Assembly: GCA_963764725.1 (NCBI GenBank)
Contig: CAVXTM010000016.1
Coordinates: 320,001-384,000, forward strand
Source: an uncultured Gammaproteobacteria bacterium
Lineage (GTDB): Bacteria > Pseudomonadota > Gammaproteobacteria > JACCXJ01
Direction: 5' to 3'
DNA: 64,000 bases
Shown here: positions 1-10,201 of the stretch, one piece after another
Layout: each line of letters opens with the position of its first letter
How positions within the stretch are numbered: the first letter of the stretch is position 1
The notes under the pieces: model-generated
The model's database searches: none
The model's input: the letters and a program-made list of their open reading frames with translations, nothing else
What the model was told of the DNA's origin: nothing
Program-made: the position numbers and the translations under genes

Positions 1-137
1 ACCGAAACGGGCCGACGACTGCCGGTTGCGAGCCGATCTTCTGTCCTGGTTGCAGATCCTGCGAATAGAGTACGTTGCAACCGCTGGGCGACGCGGGGTT
101 AATGGTAGCCGCAAAGCGCAAACGGTAAACTTGGCCG

Positions 138-3026
138 ATGACCGCGCCTTCTCACGCCGCACCCGCGTTGACTCCGGAATTGGCTTCGGAGGCGAAGCGG
201 TATTGGGACCAATTCGCTGAGGCAATCCCAAGGTCACCGCTAGGCACCGTCGTTGAGGAGGCACACCGGCAGAACATCATCCGAGTGTGCGTGTGCAGTC
301 CGTTCGCCGCGCACTATTTCGCGAAGGATCCAAGCCGCCTCACGCAGCTTCTCGAGAGCGGCGATCTCGACCGCGGTTTCGGCGAACAAGAATATCCCGA
401 ACGGATCAAGCGTGCTGTCGCCGGCGCGCCGGACCAGGCGGCGCTCATGCGCGCTCTTCGCCAGGCACGTTACCGCGAATTCGTGCGCATCACCTGGCGC
501 GATATCACCGCAGCCGCCGATCTCGATGAAACGATGGGAGATCTCTCGCGCTTTGCCGATGCCGCACTCGATGGTGCGCTCGGCTGGCTTTACCGAAAAC
601 AAGTGGAAACCTTTGGCGCCCCGCGGGATATTGATGAGACGGCCCAGTCGCTGGTCGTGATCGCGATGGGCAAGCTCGGCGCCCATGAGCTCAATTTTTC
701 CTCGGACGTCGATTTCATCCTTGCTTATCCGCGCGCCGGGGAGTCGCATGGCGGAGCACGCTCGATATCCAACCAGGAATTCTTCAACCGCCTGGGCCAA
801 GCCTTGATCAAAGTGTTGTCGGAAGTTACCGAGGATGGATTCGTGTTTCGTGCGGACATGCGCCTGCGGCCGTTTGGCGACAGCGGGCCGCTGGTGTTGA
901 ATTTTGACGCCATGGAGGCGTACTACGTGACTCATGCGCGCGATTGGGAGCGCTACGCCATGATCAAAGCCCGCATCGCCGCGGGGGATAAGCCGGCCGG
1001 GGAGAATCTGCTGGAGCGGCTGAAACCGTTTGTCTATCGCCGCTATCTCGATTTCGGCGCGATCGAGGCCTTACGCGACATGAAACGATTAATCGATAGC
1101 GAGGTGACGCGCAAGGGGCTTGCGGAGAATATTAAGCTTGGGCGAGGAGGGATCCGCGAGATCGAGTTCATCGGGCAGACCTTTCAACTAATCCGCGGCG
1201 GACACCGGCCGGCGCTGCGCGACCGCCGCATTCTGGCCGTTCTCGAGTCCCTCGGGAACCTAAACTATCTGCCCGCGCCCGCCGTTGCCGAGTTGACCGA
1301 AGCTTACCGCTTTTTGCGCCAGACGGAACATCGCTTGCAGCAAGTCGAGGACCAGCAGACTCATGTCTTGCCGAGAGGGGAGATAACCCGGCAGCGCGTG
1401 GCCTTGGGAATGGGGTTTAACGATTGGCCGAGCTTTCATGCGGCGCTCACACGGCACCGGGAGCGCGTTCAAACCCATTTCGATGCGCTCTTGGTCGGGC
1501 CGCACGATCCCGCCGCCAACGGTCCGCCGCTCATGCTGGCGCCGCAGCCGTGGCAGGGGATGGCCGACACCGCATCTCTATTACGCTGGTTGGAAGGCGC
1601 GGGGTTCAGCGATCCGCCCTCGATACTCGCAAGCATCGAGAAGTTGAGTAAAAGCGGGGGCGTGAGGCGGCTCAGCAATACCGATCAAATGCGGCTGGAC
1701 CGGGTCCTGCCGAAGCTGCTTGAGGCCATAACGCGGGTAGCCGAACAGCCAACGGTGGCTGAACGCCTATTGACCATCGTCGAGGCGATAGCGCAACGCA
1801 GCGTCTATCTGGTTTTGCTCGATGAGCATCCCGGCGCGCTCGAGCAACTGGTGCGCCTGTGCGCGGCCAGCCCCTGGATCGCGAATCGTATCGCCCGCCA
1901 ACCGCTGCTGCTCGATGAGCTCATCGATCCGCGCACACTCTATGCGCCGCCGCGGGTGAGCGAGTTGAAGCGGGATCTCGCCGAGCAGTTAGCGCATTTG
2001 GCGCGCGGGGATCTCGAGCAAGCCATGGAGATTCTGCGGCATTTCAAGCATGCGCAGGTCCTGCGCGTCGCGGCGGCCGACGTGGCCGGAGTGCTGCCCG
2101 TGCGCAAGGTCAGTGATCACCTAACCGGGATCGCCGAAACCGTGTTGCAGGCGGCCTTGGAAATCGCGCGGGACACCATGGCGCAACGCTATGGTGAACC
2201 GATGTGTGGAGACGGCGCGGCGCGGCGCATCGCCGGTTTTGCGATCATCGCCTACGGTAAGCTCGGCGGCATTGAGCTCGGTTACGGATCCGACCTGGAT
2301 CTCGTCTTCTTACACGATAGCTGCGGCGATGAGCAGCAGCCTGGCGGGCCGGTGCATCACCAAGAATTCTTCACCCGCCTGGGGCAGAGGATCATTCACA
2401 TGATAACCACGGCCACGGCTGCCGGAAAAGCATATGAGATCGATACCCGGTTGCGGCCGAGCGGGTCGGCGGGGTTATTGGTTAGCAGCCTCGATGCGTA
2501 TCGCGAGTACGAACAAGCGCATGCGTGGACCTGGGAGCATCAAGCGCTCGTACGGGCGCGCGCAATCGCGGGAGATCCGAATACCGTACGCGAATTCGTA
2601 CACCTACGGCGTGCCATCCTCGGCCGGCCTCGCGATGAGGACCGGCTCCGGCACGATGTGCGGGAGATGCGCGAGCGGATGCGCCGGGAGCTGTCCCGCG
2701 ATGCGCCCGGGGACTTCGATATCAAGCACGGGCAGGGTGGTGTCACCGAGATCGAATTTGTGGTGCAATATGCGGTTTTACGCTGGTCTGCTCAGCACGC
2801 AGAGCTTGTGGATTTCACCGACAATCGCCGTTTGCTGGAACTCTTATCGCGCCTGCGGCTGTTATCGGACGAGGACTGCCAGGCTTTGCAAGAGGCTTAT
2901 TTCGCTTACCGTGCCAAGCTTCACGCCTTGGCGTTGCAGGAGCGGCCGGCCTTGGCCGACAATGCGGAATTCGGCGCCCAGCGTGCAAGGGTCGGTGAGG
3001 CGTGGCGCCGGGTGATCGGGGCATGA
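138..3026 (+). CDS. glnE: Bifunctional glutamine synthetase adenylyltransferase/deadenylyltransferase
   Basis: 962-aa ORF with two nucleotidyltransferase repeats (MGKLGAHELNFSSDVD and YGKLGGIELGYGSDLD), DMRLRPFG and DTRLRPSG motifs; upstream of ilvE as in many proteobacteria. Confidence 0.97.
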   Translation: MTAPSHAAPALTPELASEAKRYWDQFAEAIPRSPLGTVVEEAHRQNIIRVCVCSPFAAHYFAKDPSRLTQLLESGDLDRGFGEQEYPERIKRAVAGAPDQAALMRALRQARYREFVRITWRDITAAADLDETMGDLSRFADAALDGALGWLYRKQVETFGAPRDIDETAQSLVVIAMGKLGAHELNFSSDVDFILAYPRAGESHGGARSISNQEFFNRLGQALIKVLSEVTEDGFVFRADMRLRPFGDSGPLVLNFDAMEAYYVTHARDWERYAMIKARIAAGDKPAGENLLERLKPFVYRRYLDFGAIEALRDMKRLIDSEVTRKGLAENIKLGRGGIREIEFIGQTFQLIRGGHRPALRDRRILAVLESLGNLNYLPAPAVAELTEAYRFLRQTEHRLQQVEDQQTHVLPRGEITRQRVALGMGFNDWPSFHAALTRHRERVQTHFDALLVGPHDPAANGPPLMLAPQPWQGMADTASLLRWLEGAGFSDPPSILASIEKLSKSGGVRRLSNTDQMRLDRVLPKLLEAITRVAEQPTVAERLLTIVEAIAQRSVYLVLLDEHPGALEQLVRLCAASPWIANRIARQPLLLDELIDPRTLYAPPRVSELKRDLAEQLAHLARGDLEQAMEILRHFKHAQVLRVAAADVAGVLPVRKVSDHLTGIAETVLQAALEIARDTMAQRYGEPMCGDGAARRIAGFAIIAYGKLGGIELGYGSDLDLVFLHDSCGDEQQPGGPVHHQEFFTRLGQRIIHMITTATAAGKAYEIDTRLRPSGSAGLLVSSLDAYREYEQAHAWTWEHQALVRARAIAGDPNTVREFVHLRRAILGRPRDEDRLRHDVREMRERMRRELSRDAPGDFDIKHGQGGVTEIEFVVQYAVLRWSAQHAELVDFTDNRRLLELLSRLRLLSDEDCQALQEAYFAYRAKLHALALQERPALADNAEFGAQRARVGEAWRRVIGA

Positions 3027-3047
3027 CGATGCGGGGAGAAGACAATA

Positions 3048-3974
3048 ATGACAATGGCTGATCGCGACGGCCTCATCTGGATGGACGGGGAGATGCTGCC
3101 TTGGCGCGAGGCCAAGGTGCACGTCCTCACCCACACGTTGCATTACGGCATGGGGGTGTTTGAAGGCATACGCGCCTATAAGGCCGAGCGGGGAACAGCC
3201 ATCTACCGCCTGCGCGAGCACATCCAACGCTTGTTTCGTTCGGCGCACATCCTCGGGATGCCGATGCCTTACGAGCGATCGGCCTTGACCCAAGTGTGCC
3301 GGGAAGTCGTGCGCGCCAACCATCTGGAGAGCGCCTACCTCCGGCCCTTGTGTTTTTACGGCTCGGAGGGGATGGGCTTGCGTGCGGATAATCTAAAAAC
3401 TCATATTATGGTGGCGGCCTGGCATTGGGGCCCTTATCTCGGCGCCGCGGGTCAGGAGCAAGGGATCCGCATCAAGACCTCGTCCTTTACCCGCCATCAC
3501 GTCAATATCACGATGTGTAAGGCCAAGGCCAACGGCAACTACATGAATTCCATGCTGGCGCTGCAAGAGGCCCTGCAGGCCGGATACGACGAAGCCTTGT
3601 TGTTGGATGTCGAGGGCTACGTGACGGAAGGCAGCGGAGAGAATATCTTCATCGTGCGTGACGGCATCCTGTACACACCCGATTTGACTTCCGCATTGGA
3701 GGGAATCACGCGCGCCAGCATCATCACGCTCGCCGGAGAGATTGGGATCCCGGTGCAGGAGAAGCGCATCACGCGCGATGAGGTCTATATCGCGGACGAA
3801 GCGTTCTTTACCGGCACCGCCGCCGAGGTAACGCCGATCCGGGAGCTTGACGGGCGGCGCATCGGCGCCGGACAACGCGGCCCCATTACGGCTAACCTGC
3901 AGACCCTGTTTTTCGATCAGGTGCATGGCCGCCGGGCGGAACACTCCGAGTGGCTCACGCCCGTCGCTGATTAA
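3048..3974 (+). CDS. ilvE: Branched-chain amino acid aminotransferase
   Basis: LHYGMGVFEG, KAKANGNY (PLP lysine), EGSGENIF, LEGITR, FFTGTAAEVTP motifs. Confidence 0.97.
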   Translation: MTMADRDGLIWMDGEMLPWREAKVHVLTHTLHYGMGVFEGIRAYKAERGTAIYRLREHIQRLFRSAHILGMPMPYERSALTQVCREVVRANHLESAYLRPLCFYGSEGMGLRADNLKTHIMVAAWHWGPYLGAAGQEQGIRIKTSSFTRHHVNITMCKAKANGNYMNSMLALQEALQAGYDEALLLDVEGYVTEGSGENIFIVRDGILYTPDLTSALEGITRASIITLAGEIGIPVQEKRITRDEVYIADEAFFTGTAAEVTPIRELDGRRIGAGQRGPITANLQTLFFDQVHGRRAEHSEWLTPVAD

Positions 3975-3980
3975 GACGTC

Positions 3981-4190
3981 ATGATGAACGACGTTCGAAT
4001 CGAGCCCGAGCGGAATACGCCGAACGACCGGCGCTTGGTTGAGATCACCCCAGTCGATCTGCCCTTGCACTGCCCCCTGCCGAGCATGAGTCTGTGGAAT
4101 TCCCATCCCCGGGTGTATCTGCCGATCGAGGCCACCGGCAAGGCCAAATGCCCCTATTGCAGCACCGACTTCGTGCTCGTCGAACGCTAA
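3981..4190 (+). CDS. Zinc-finger (zf-CHCC) small protein
   Basis: LHCP...WNSHPRVYL...CPYC pattern; usual position directly after ilvE. Confidence 0.9.
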   Translation: MMNDVRIEPERNTPNDRRLVEITPVDLPLHCPLPSMSLWNSHPRVYLPIEATGKAKCPYCSTDFVLVER

Positions 4191-4383
4191 CCGTCCGCAG
4201 CCCCTCGCAGGATGGCAAGCGCCGGTGAGGTTGAAGGTGGTATCGGATCCACCGGTGCGGGGTGCTTAGTCGGGTTGCAGGATGTGGTTGGTCGGGTTGA
4301 CAGCGCTATACTTAGCTTGTAAACCCGATCCCGCGGCTAACACCGACAAACGTAACTGCGAATGGCAATTTTGGAGGTGGCCA

Positions 4384-4620
4384 ATGCAAGAATATAAATC
4401 GGACAAGCTTGTCGTGCGTTACGATCCTGAGATATGTATTCACGCGGGGAACAGTGTCCGTGAGCTTCCGGCAGTCTTCGACGTCGCGAAGGACCCCTGG
4501 ATCACTATACACGGCGCGCCCGTTGACGAGATCGGGAACCAGGTTAAGCACTCTCCCTCGGGGGCGTTAAGCTACGAGATCCTGGATAAGACAAGTAAGT
4601 CGCCGGACGTACACCCGTGA
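4384..4620 (+). CDS. Divergent 4Fe-4S mono-cluster (YjdI/Fer4_19-like) small protein, two Cys positions appear as Ser
   Basis: CIHAGNSV...PWI...HSPSGALSY resembles CxHxxxC...CPSGAL; GGAGG SD upstream of ATG 4384; stop overlaps next start (GTGA). Confidence 0.7.
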   Translation: MQEYKSDKLVVRYDPEICIHAGNSVRELPAVFDVAKDPWITIHGAPVDEIGNQVKHSPSGALSYEILDKTSKSPDVHP

Positions 4621-6554
4621 CACAAAAGCTGTGCAGACCCTACGGTTCCTGGACCTCGCCGATCACAAGTGATCTCATCGTTGCCAAGTCCATCGGCCTC
4701 GGCGGCATTCAGTCCGACGGCCGGAATCTTTATTGGCACGAGATGCGGCCCGAGGAGGGCGGCCGCGGCGTCATCGTTTGTTACGACGGGCAAGAGGCGG
4801 TATCAGCGCTGGTACCGCCGCCGTTCAATGCTCGTAGCCGTGTTCACGAGTATGGCGGCGGATCTTTCCTCGCGGCGGATGGGATCGTCTATTTCTCGAA
4901 CTTCGAGGACCAACGCATCTACCGCGTCATGCCCGGTGTTCCACCGGAAGCCCTGACGCCCGAAGGCGCGTTTCGCTACGCCGATACTGCCCTCGATCGA
5001 ATAAGGGAACGCCTGATCTGCGTGCGCGAAGATCATTCCGATCCCGGCCGGGAACCCATCAATACCGTAGTTGCCATATCGCTTGCGAAAACCACGGACG
5101 CAGAGGTGCTGGTTTCGGGCTCGGATTTCTATTCCAACCCGCGCCTGAGCCCCGATGGCCGGCACATCTGTTGGCTCTGTTGGTATCACCCGAACATGCC
5201 TTGGGACGGGACCGAGCTCTGGGTTGCAAGCGTCCGGGATGATGGTTCCTTGGGCGATGCGCGCCGCATCGCGGGCAGTCCCACGGAATCGATCTTCCAG
5301 CCCGAGTGGTCTCAGGACGGCCGCAGCCTTTTTTTCGTCTCCGATCGGAGCGGGTGGTGGAACCTTTATTGTTGGACCGATCTCGAGGTCAAGGGGCTGG
5401 CGCCGATGGAAGCGGAGTTCGGCCTTCCTCAGTGGGTGTTCGGAGAAAGCACGTATGCTTTTCTATCACCACGTGAGATCGCGTGCACGTATATACAAGG
5501 CGGATCCAGCCACTTCGCTTACCTCAATGTGGACTCGGGCAAGTTGCGCGCGGTTGAGTTACCCTATACCGCCATCGGTTCGCTGCGCGCACACGGGCGC
5601 GAGATAGCGTTTATCGGCGCCTCGCCCACGGAGTTTCCTTCCGTCGTTTCGATTAACCCGGCTTCGGGTAGCACGCGCGTTCTGAAGCGCTCCAGTGATC
5701 TCGATCTCGACCCCGGCTATGTTTCGGCCGGCGAGCCGATCGAGTTTCCGGTCGACGGCGGCCGTTGCGCACACGGGTTTTTCTATGCGCCCGTGAATAT
5801 GGACTTTACGGCCCCGGCGGACGAGCGCCCGCCGCTCCTCGTGACCAGCCACGGGGGGCCCACAGCCGCAACCAACAACGGCTTGAAGCTCATGACACAA
5901 TTCTTCACCAGCCGAGGATTCGCGGTCTTGGATGTCAACTACGGGGGCAGCACCGGGTTCGGCCGCGTCTATCGCGAACGGCTCTACGGCCAGTGGGGGA
6001 TCGTCGATGTCCAGGATTGCATCCAGGGCGCGCTGCATCTGGTCGGCCAAGGCAAGGTCGATCCCAAGCGGCTGGCCATTCGCGGCGGCAGTGCCGGGGG
6101 TTTCACGACGCTTGCCGCGCTCACGTTTCACGATGTGTTTACCGCCGGGGCGAGCCACTATGGCGTGAGTGATCTCGAAGCCTTGGTCCGCGATACGCAC
6201 AAGTTCGAATCGCGTTATCTCGACCAGCTCATCGGCGCTTACCCGGCGCGCGCTGATCTCTACCGCGCACGTTCACCGATCCACGCGCTGGAACGTCTGT
6301 CTTGTCCCGTGATCTTTTTCCAGGGCTTGGAGGACAAGGTGGTGCCGCCGAACCAAAGCGAGCGGATGGTCGCCGCCTTGCGGAGTAAAGGGTTGCCCGT
6401 GGCCTATGTCTGTTACGAGGGCGAACAGCATGGCTTTCGCCAGGCTAAGAATATCAAACGCACCTTGGATGCCGAGCTTTATTTCTACTCGCGCGTCTAC
6501 GGTTTCGATCTCGCGCAACCCGTCGAGCCAGTGACAATAGAGAACCTCCATTGA
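4617..6554 (+). CDS. S9 family (prolyl oligopeptidase/acylaminoacyl) peptidase
   Basis: PYGSWTSPI N-terminus, HGGP, GGSAGG nucleophile, D..VVP and EQHGF triad residues. Confidence 0.93.
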   Translation: MTQKLCRPYGSWTSPITSDLIVAKSIGLGGIQSDGRNLYWHEMRPEEGGRGVIVCYDGQEAVSALVPPPFNARSRVHEYGGGSFLAADGIVYFSNFEDQRIYRVMPGVPPEALTPEGAFRYADTALDRIRERLICVREDHSDPGREPINTVVAISLAKTTDAEVLVSGSDFYSNPRLSPDGRHICWLCWYHPNMPWDGTELWVASVRDDGSLGDARRIAGSPTESIFQPEWSQDGRSLFFVSDRSGWWNLYCWTDLEVKGLAPMEAEFGLPQWVFGESTYAFLSPREIACTYIQGGSSHFAYLNVDSGKLRAVELPYTAIGSLRAHGREIAFIGASPTEFPSVVSINPASGSTRVLKRSSDLDLDPGYVSAGEPIEFPVDGGRCAHGFFYAPVNMDFTAPADERPPLLVTSHGGPTAATNNGLKLMTQFFTSRGFAVLDVNYGGSTGFGRVYRERLYGQWGIVDVQDCIQGALHLVGQGKVDPKRLAIRGGSAGGFTTLAALTFHDVFTAGASHYGVSDLEALVRDTHKFESRYLDQLIGAYPARADLYRARSPIHALERLSCPVIFFQGLEDKVVPPNQSERMVAALRSKGLPVAYVCYEGEQHGFRQAKNIKRTLDAELYFYSRVYGFDLAQPVEPVTIENLH

Positions 6555-6557
6555 TAC

Positions 6558-7634
6558 TCAGAGCTTTGATCCTGCTCGGGGCACCCCGGCGGCCTGCCGG
6601 GCAAGGGCCCAGGCGACGTGCTCGCGGACCAATTCCGAGGGATGCGCGCGCCTTTGCTCCAGGGCCGCGACAACCTCGGGTGAGGCGGGCGCGTTTCCCA
6701 AGGCCACGGCGATATTGCGTAGCCACCCTTCGTAACCGATGCGCCGAATCGCGGAACCTTCAGTGTTTTTCAGAAACACCTCCTCGGTCCAATTAAACAG
6801 AGCAATGAGATCGGACGCATCCAATCCATGGCGAGGTTTGAAATCGGTCTCCCGGCTCAAGTGCGCGAAGCGGTTCCAAGGGCAGACCAGTTGGCAGTCG
6901 TCGCAACCGAAGATGCGGTTGCCGATCAAGGGCCGCAGCGGTTCCGGGATCGAACCGCGAAGCTCGATCGTGAGATACGAAATACAACGCCGAGCATCGA
7001 GCCGATAAGGCCCGAGGATCGCTCGGGTAGGACAGATTTCGATACACGCGCTGCAGCGGCCGCAATGGTTCGCAGCGTGAGGCGGATCGGTCGGCAGCGG
7101 CAGATCGGTATAGATCTCACCCAAAAAAAACCAGGAACCCGCCTGGCGATGAATCAGGTTCGTGTGCTTGCCGATCCAGCCAAGACCGCCGTTGCGCGCC
7201 AAGGCCTTCTCCAGAACCGGGGCGCTGTCGGAGAACACGCGATAGCCGTGGCGCCCGGCGCGCGCGCCGATGCGATCGGCCATGCGCCGCAGCCGTTGCC
7301 GGAGCACTCGATGGTAATCACGGCCGAGGGCATAGCGGGCGATATAGCCTAAGCGGGGGTTGTCGAGTACGGCTTGCGCTGAAGCGGCGCCGGACGGGAG
7401 ATAGTCCAGGCGTGCCGAGATCACTCGCAGTGTCCCCGGCACCAACTCATCCGGGCGGCTTCTTTTCGTGCCGTGCCGTGCCATGTAGCGCATCTCGCCG
7501 TGATAACCCGCGGCGAGCCAGTCGCGAAGGCGGTGCTCGTCGTCGCCGAGATCGATCCCGGCAATGCCGATCTGCTGAAAACCGAGATCTCGGCCCCACG
7601 CTTTGATTTCCGTTGCTAAGCGAGCGTAGTTCAA
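6558..7634 (-). CDS. queG: tRNA epoxyqueuosine(34) reductase
   Basis: RYALGRDYH, DSAPVLEK, CGRCSACIEICPT, CISYLTIE, GCDDCQLVCPWN; start probably TTG at 7634 rather than the extended ORF start 7763. Confidence 0.95.
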   Translation of the reverse strand: MNYARLATEIKAWGRDLGFQQIGIAGIDLGDDEHRLRDWLAAGYHGEMRYMARHGTKRSRPDELVPGTLRVISARLDYLPSGAASAQAVLDNPRLGYIARYALGRDYHRVLRQRLRRMADRIGARAGRHGYRVFSDSAPVLEKALARNGGLGWIGKHTNLIHRQAGSWFFLGEIYTDLPLPTDPPHAANHCGRCSACIEICPTRAILGPYRLDARRCISYLTIELRGSIPEPLRPLIGNRIFGCDDCQLVCPWNRFAHLSRETDFKPRHGLDASDLIALFNWTEEVFLKNTEGSAIRRIGYEGWLRNIAVALGNAPASPEVVAALEQRRAHPSELVREHVAWALARQAAGVPRAGSKL

Positions 7635-7638
7635 GGCA

Positions 7639-7827
7639 TTAGCCGTTGCCGAATAGGCGCTCAAACCGCTCCCGCGTCTCCCTGCTCGCGAAGCGCTCCG
7701 TGAATTTCTTACCGCTCTTGCGCAGTTCGTGCAGGGTTGCGCCGGGCGCGCCCTCCCCCGCATGGCGTCCCCCTGCCAGCGCCTTACGATAGCGTTTGCG
7801 GATGACGCGGCTCGCGAGCGTCATCAT
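7639..7827 (-). CDS. Small basic hypothetical protein (62 aa)
   Basis: ATG 2 nt after the djlA stop and TAA 4 nt before the probable queG start; fills the gap exactly. Confidence 0.55.
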   Translation of the reverse strand: MMTLASRVIRKRYRKALAGGRHAGEGAPGATLHELRKSGKKFTERFASRETRERFERLFGNG

Positions 7828-7829
7828 GG

Positions 7830-8642
7830 CTAAAATCCGCGCGCTTCGCGGATGCACTCATAGGCGGCGCGGATCTCGCGGGTTTTTTGCGTCGCGAGCT
7901 TGATCATCTCCTCCGGCAGCCCCTTCGCCACAAGCTTATCCGGGTGGTGTTGGCTCATGAGCCGGCGATAGGCTTTCTTGACTTCAGCGTTGGTCGCGGT
8001 CGCCGTCAGGTTCAGGATCGCGAAGGCATCCTCCACGCCATACTCTTCCCGCGCTTCCCGCGGGGCCTCGGCGCGCGAACGCCACCTGTGGCCGGCTTCC
8101 GCGCGCGCCATCGCTTCGAGACGCTGGTACTCCAGGCGCGAGAACCCGAGCCGGTCGGACACATACAATAGGAGCCGGTGCTCGGCGGGATCGAGCTGAG
8201 CGTCGGCCCATGCCGCCGCGAGCTGGATCTCGAGGAACATACGCATGAGGCTGTGCCGGTTGCGGATTTCGTGGCGAAGCTGCGCCAAAACCGCATCCAG
8301 GGGGAAGTCCTGGGACTTGCCTTCACTGAATAAGTGCATCGCAGTCCGCATCTGATCCGGGGCCAGATCCATCCGCCCCATCACGCTGCGCGCCAGGTTG
8401 ATCTCGCGATCCGTGACCCGTCCGTCGGCCTTGCAGATATGTCCCATCACGGCGAAGGTCGCAGTATAGAAGGCCGTCTGGACGCTCTCGCGGGCGTCGG
8501 GACCGTCGGGACGCCTGCCCTCGAAGGGCCGCGCGAGGCCTTCATCCACGTTGTGCCCGAGCGCCGCCCCGAGCATGGCCCCAAGGGGCCCCCCCAGCAT
8601 GTAGCCGAAGGCGCCGCCGATTATCTTGCCCCACCATGCCAT
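7830..8642 (-). CDS. djlA: Co-chaperone DjlA
   Basis: N-terminal WWGKIIGG..G..GA.LG..LGH anchor, TerB-like middle, C-terminal J domain with HHPDKL. Confidence 0.95.
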   Translation of the reverse strand: MAWWGKIIGGAFGYMLGGPLGAMLGAALGHNVDEGLARPFEGRRPDGPDARESVQTAFYTATFAVMGHICKADGRVTDREINLARSVMGRMDLAPDQMRTAMHLFSEGKSQDFPLDAVLAQLRHEIRNRHSLMRMFLEIQLAAAWADAQLDPAEHRLLLYVSDRLGFSRLEYQRLEAMARAEAGHRWRSRAEAPREAREEYGVEDAFAILNLTATATNAEVKKAYRRLMSQHHPDKLVAKGLPEEMIKLATQKTREIRAAYECIREARGF

Positions 8643-8771
8643 AGCGCCCCATTGTACCAATTCCGTCCGCCGCGGTTTGGGCGGCTTCGGATTACGCGGG
8701 CGGAATGAATCCGGTTAAACTAGGGACGGTTCACGCCGAAGCCGAACTCCGTACATCCAGTAGAAGGCACC

Positions 8772-9866
8772 ATGATCAACTTCATTCAAGACTGGTATCG
8801 CAGGAATTTCGCCGATCCCCAGGCGATGCTGCTGGCAGTGTTCATGGCCGTGACTTTCAGCGTCATTCTCGTCATGGGCGACATGTTGGCGCCGTTCTTG
8901 GCCGCGATCATTATCGCCTACCTCTTGGAAGGGCCGGTGCAGTATCTGCAAAAGGCGTCGGGCTCGCGCAGCATCGCTGTCGTGGTGGTGTTTCTCCTGT
9001 TCATGGCCGTCCTGCTGTTCCTGGTCTTGGGGCTCATTCCTCTCCTCTACCGCCAGGTCGCGGAATTTTTTCAGGAGCTTCCAAATCTCATCAACGACGG
9101 GCGCACGACCTTGCTGACCTTGCCCGAGTCCTATCCGGCTTTCGTATCCGTCGAGCACGTGGAAGAGCTGATGACGATGATGCGGCGGAGCATCGCAGCG
9201 TTCGGTGAAAACGTTTTGTCCGTCTCCCTGGCGTCCATCCCCACCCTCATCACCGCCCTGGTGTATTTGATCGTGGGTCCTCTGCTCCTGTTCTTCTTCC
9301 TCAAGGACAAAGCTCTCATTCTCGGCTGGGCGCGGGATTTCTTGCCGCACGATCGCAGGCTCTTGCTCAAGGTCTGGCGGGAGATGGATGATCAGATCGG
9401 CAATTACGTGCGCGGCAAGATCAACGAGATCCTGATCGTCGGTGTCGTCACCTACGTCATCTTCGCGCTCATGGGCTTGTCGTACGCCGCGCTTCTCGCG
9501 GTGCTTGTCGGGGTATCGGTGATCATCCCGTACATCGGCGCCGTGGCGGTGACCTTTCCGGTGGCCTTCGCCGGCTACGGCCAGTGGGGCTGGGGACCGG
9601 ATTTCGCCTGGTTCATGGTCGCCTATGCCGTCATCCAGGGCTTGGACGGCAACCTGCTCGTCCCACTGTTATTCTCGGAAGCCGTGAATCTCCATCCGGT
9701 GGCGATCATCCTTGCCGTGCTGGTGTTCGGCGGGTTCTGGGGGTTTTGGGGGGTGTTCTTCGCGATCCCGCTCGCGACCTTGGTCAAGGCATTGCTCAAT
9801 GCCTGGCCGAAAACTCCGGGCGAGGCGCCCGTTCAACTCCCGGAAATGCGCCAGCAAGCGCGATAG
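8772..9866 (+). CDS. perM: AI-2E family (PerM-like) permease
   Basis: Polytopic membrane protein with IPYIGA, QGLDGNLLVP, VNLHPVAII, GVFFAIPLA motifs. Confidence 0.88.
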   Translation: MINFIQDWYRRNFADPQAMLLAVFMAVTFSVILVMGDMLAPFLAAIIIAYLLEGPVQYLQKASGSRSIAVVVVFLLFMAVLLFLVLGLIPLLYRQVAEFFQELPNLINDGRTTLLTLPESYPAFVSVEHVEELMTMMRRSIAAFGENVLSVSLASIPTLITALVYLIVGPLLLFFFLKDKALILGWARDFLPHDRRLLLKVWREMDDQIGNYVRGKINEILIVGVVTYVIFALMGLSYAALLAVLVGVSVIIPYIGAVAVTFPVAFAGYGQWGWGPDFAWFMVAYAVIQGLDGNLLVPLLFSEAVNLHPVAIILAVLVFGGFWGFWGVFFAIPLATLVKALLNAWPKTPGEAPVQLPEMRQQAR

Positions 9867-9986
9867 CTGTTCCTGAGGCTGCAACCCGAAATCTTGCATA
9901 ATGCGTTCGATTTGTCCGCCTGCGGCCCAATTGCAGCCGGCACGTCGCCCGCACACGCTGCGGACGACGTCCTCAATCTTCAAGAC

Positions 9987-10142
9987 TTAAAGCTGCGGCT
10001 TCTCCGCACCGCTTCCCTTCATAATGATCTTCTTCGCCGTCTCGAACCAAGAATCTATCGTGGTTACCATCGGCATGAGCTTGGCGTAAAATTTAGCGCC
10101 TAGGTAGAGACCTAGGACGATACCTAGAATCAACCAGACCAT
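9987..10142 (-). CDS. Small single-pass membrane protein (51 aa, MVWLILGIVLGLYLGAKFYAKLMPMVTTIDSWFETAKKIIMKGSGAEKPQL)
   Basis: Translated by hand (below ORF-track cutoff); strong SD AGAGGAGGTG just upstream of ATG; hydrophobic N-terminal helix. Confidence 0.7.
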   Translation of the reverse strand: MVWLILGIVLGLYLGAKFYAKLMPMVTTIDSWFETAKKIIMKGSGAEKPQL

Positions 10143-10201
10143 AGAACACCTCCTCTAAATTATCTTTATAAACAAGCGATCGTGCGTCTATAAATATACC
10201 A

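Noticed and set aside
4297-4312. TTGACA next to TATACT as a promoter
   Set aside because: The spacer is only 4 nt, which is incompatible with sigma70 geometry
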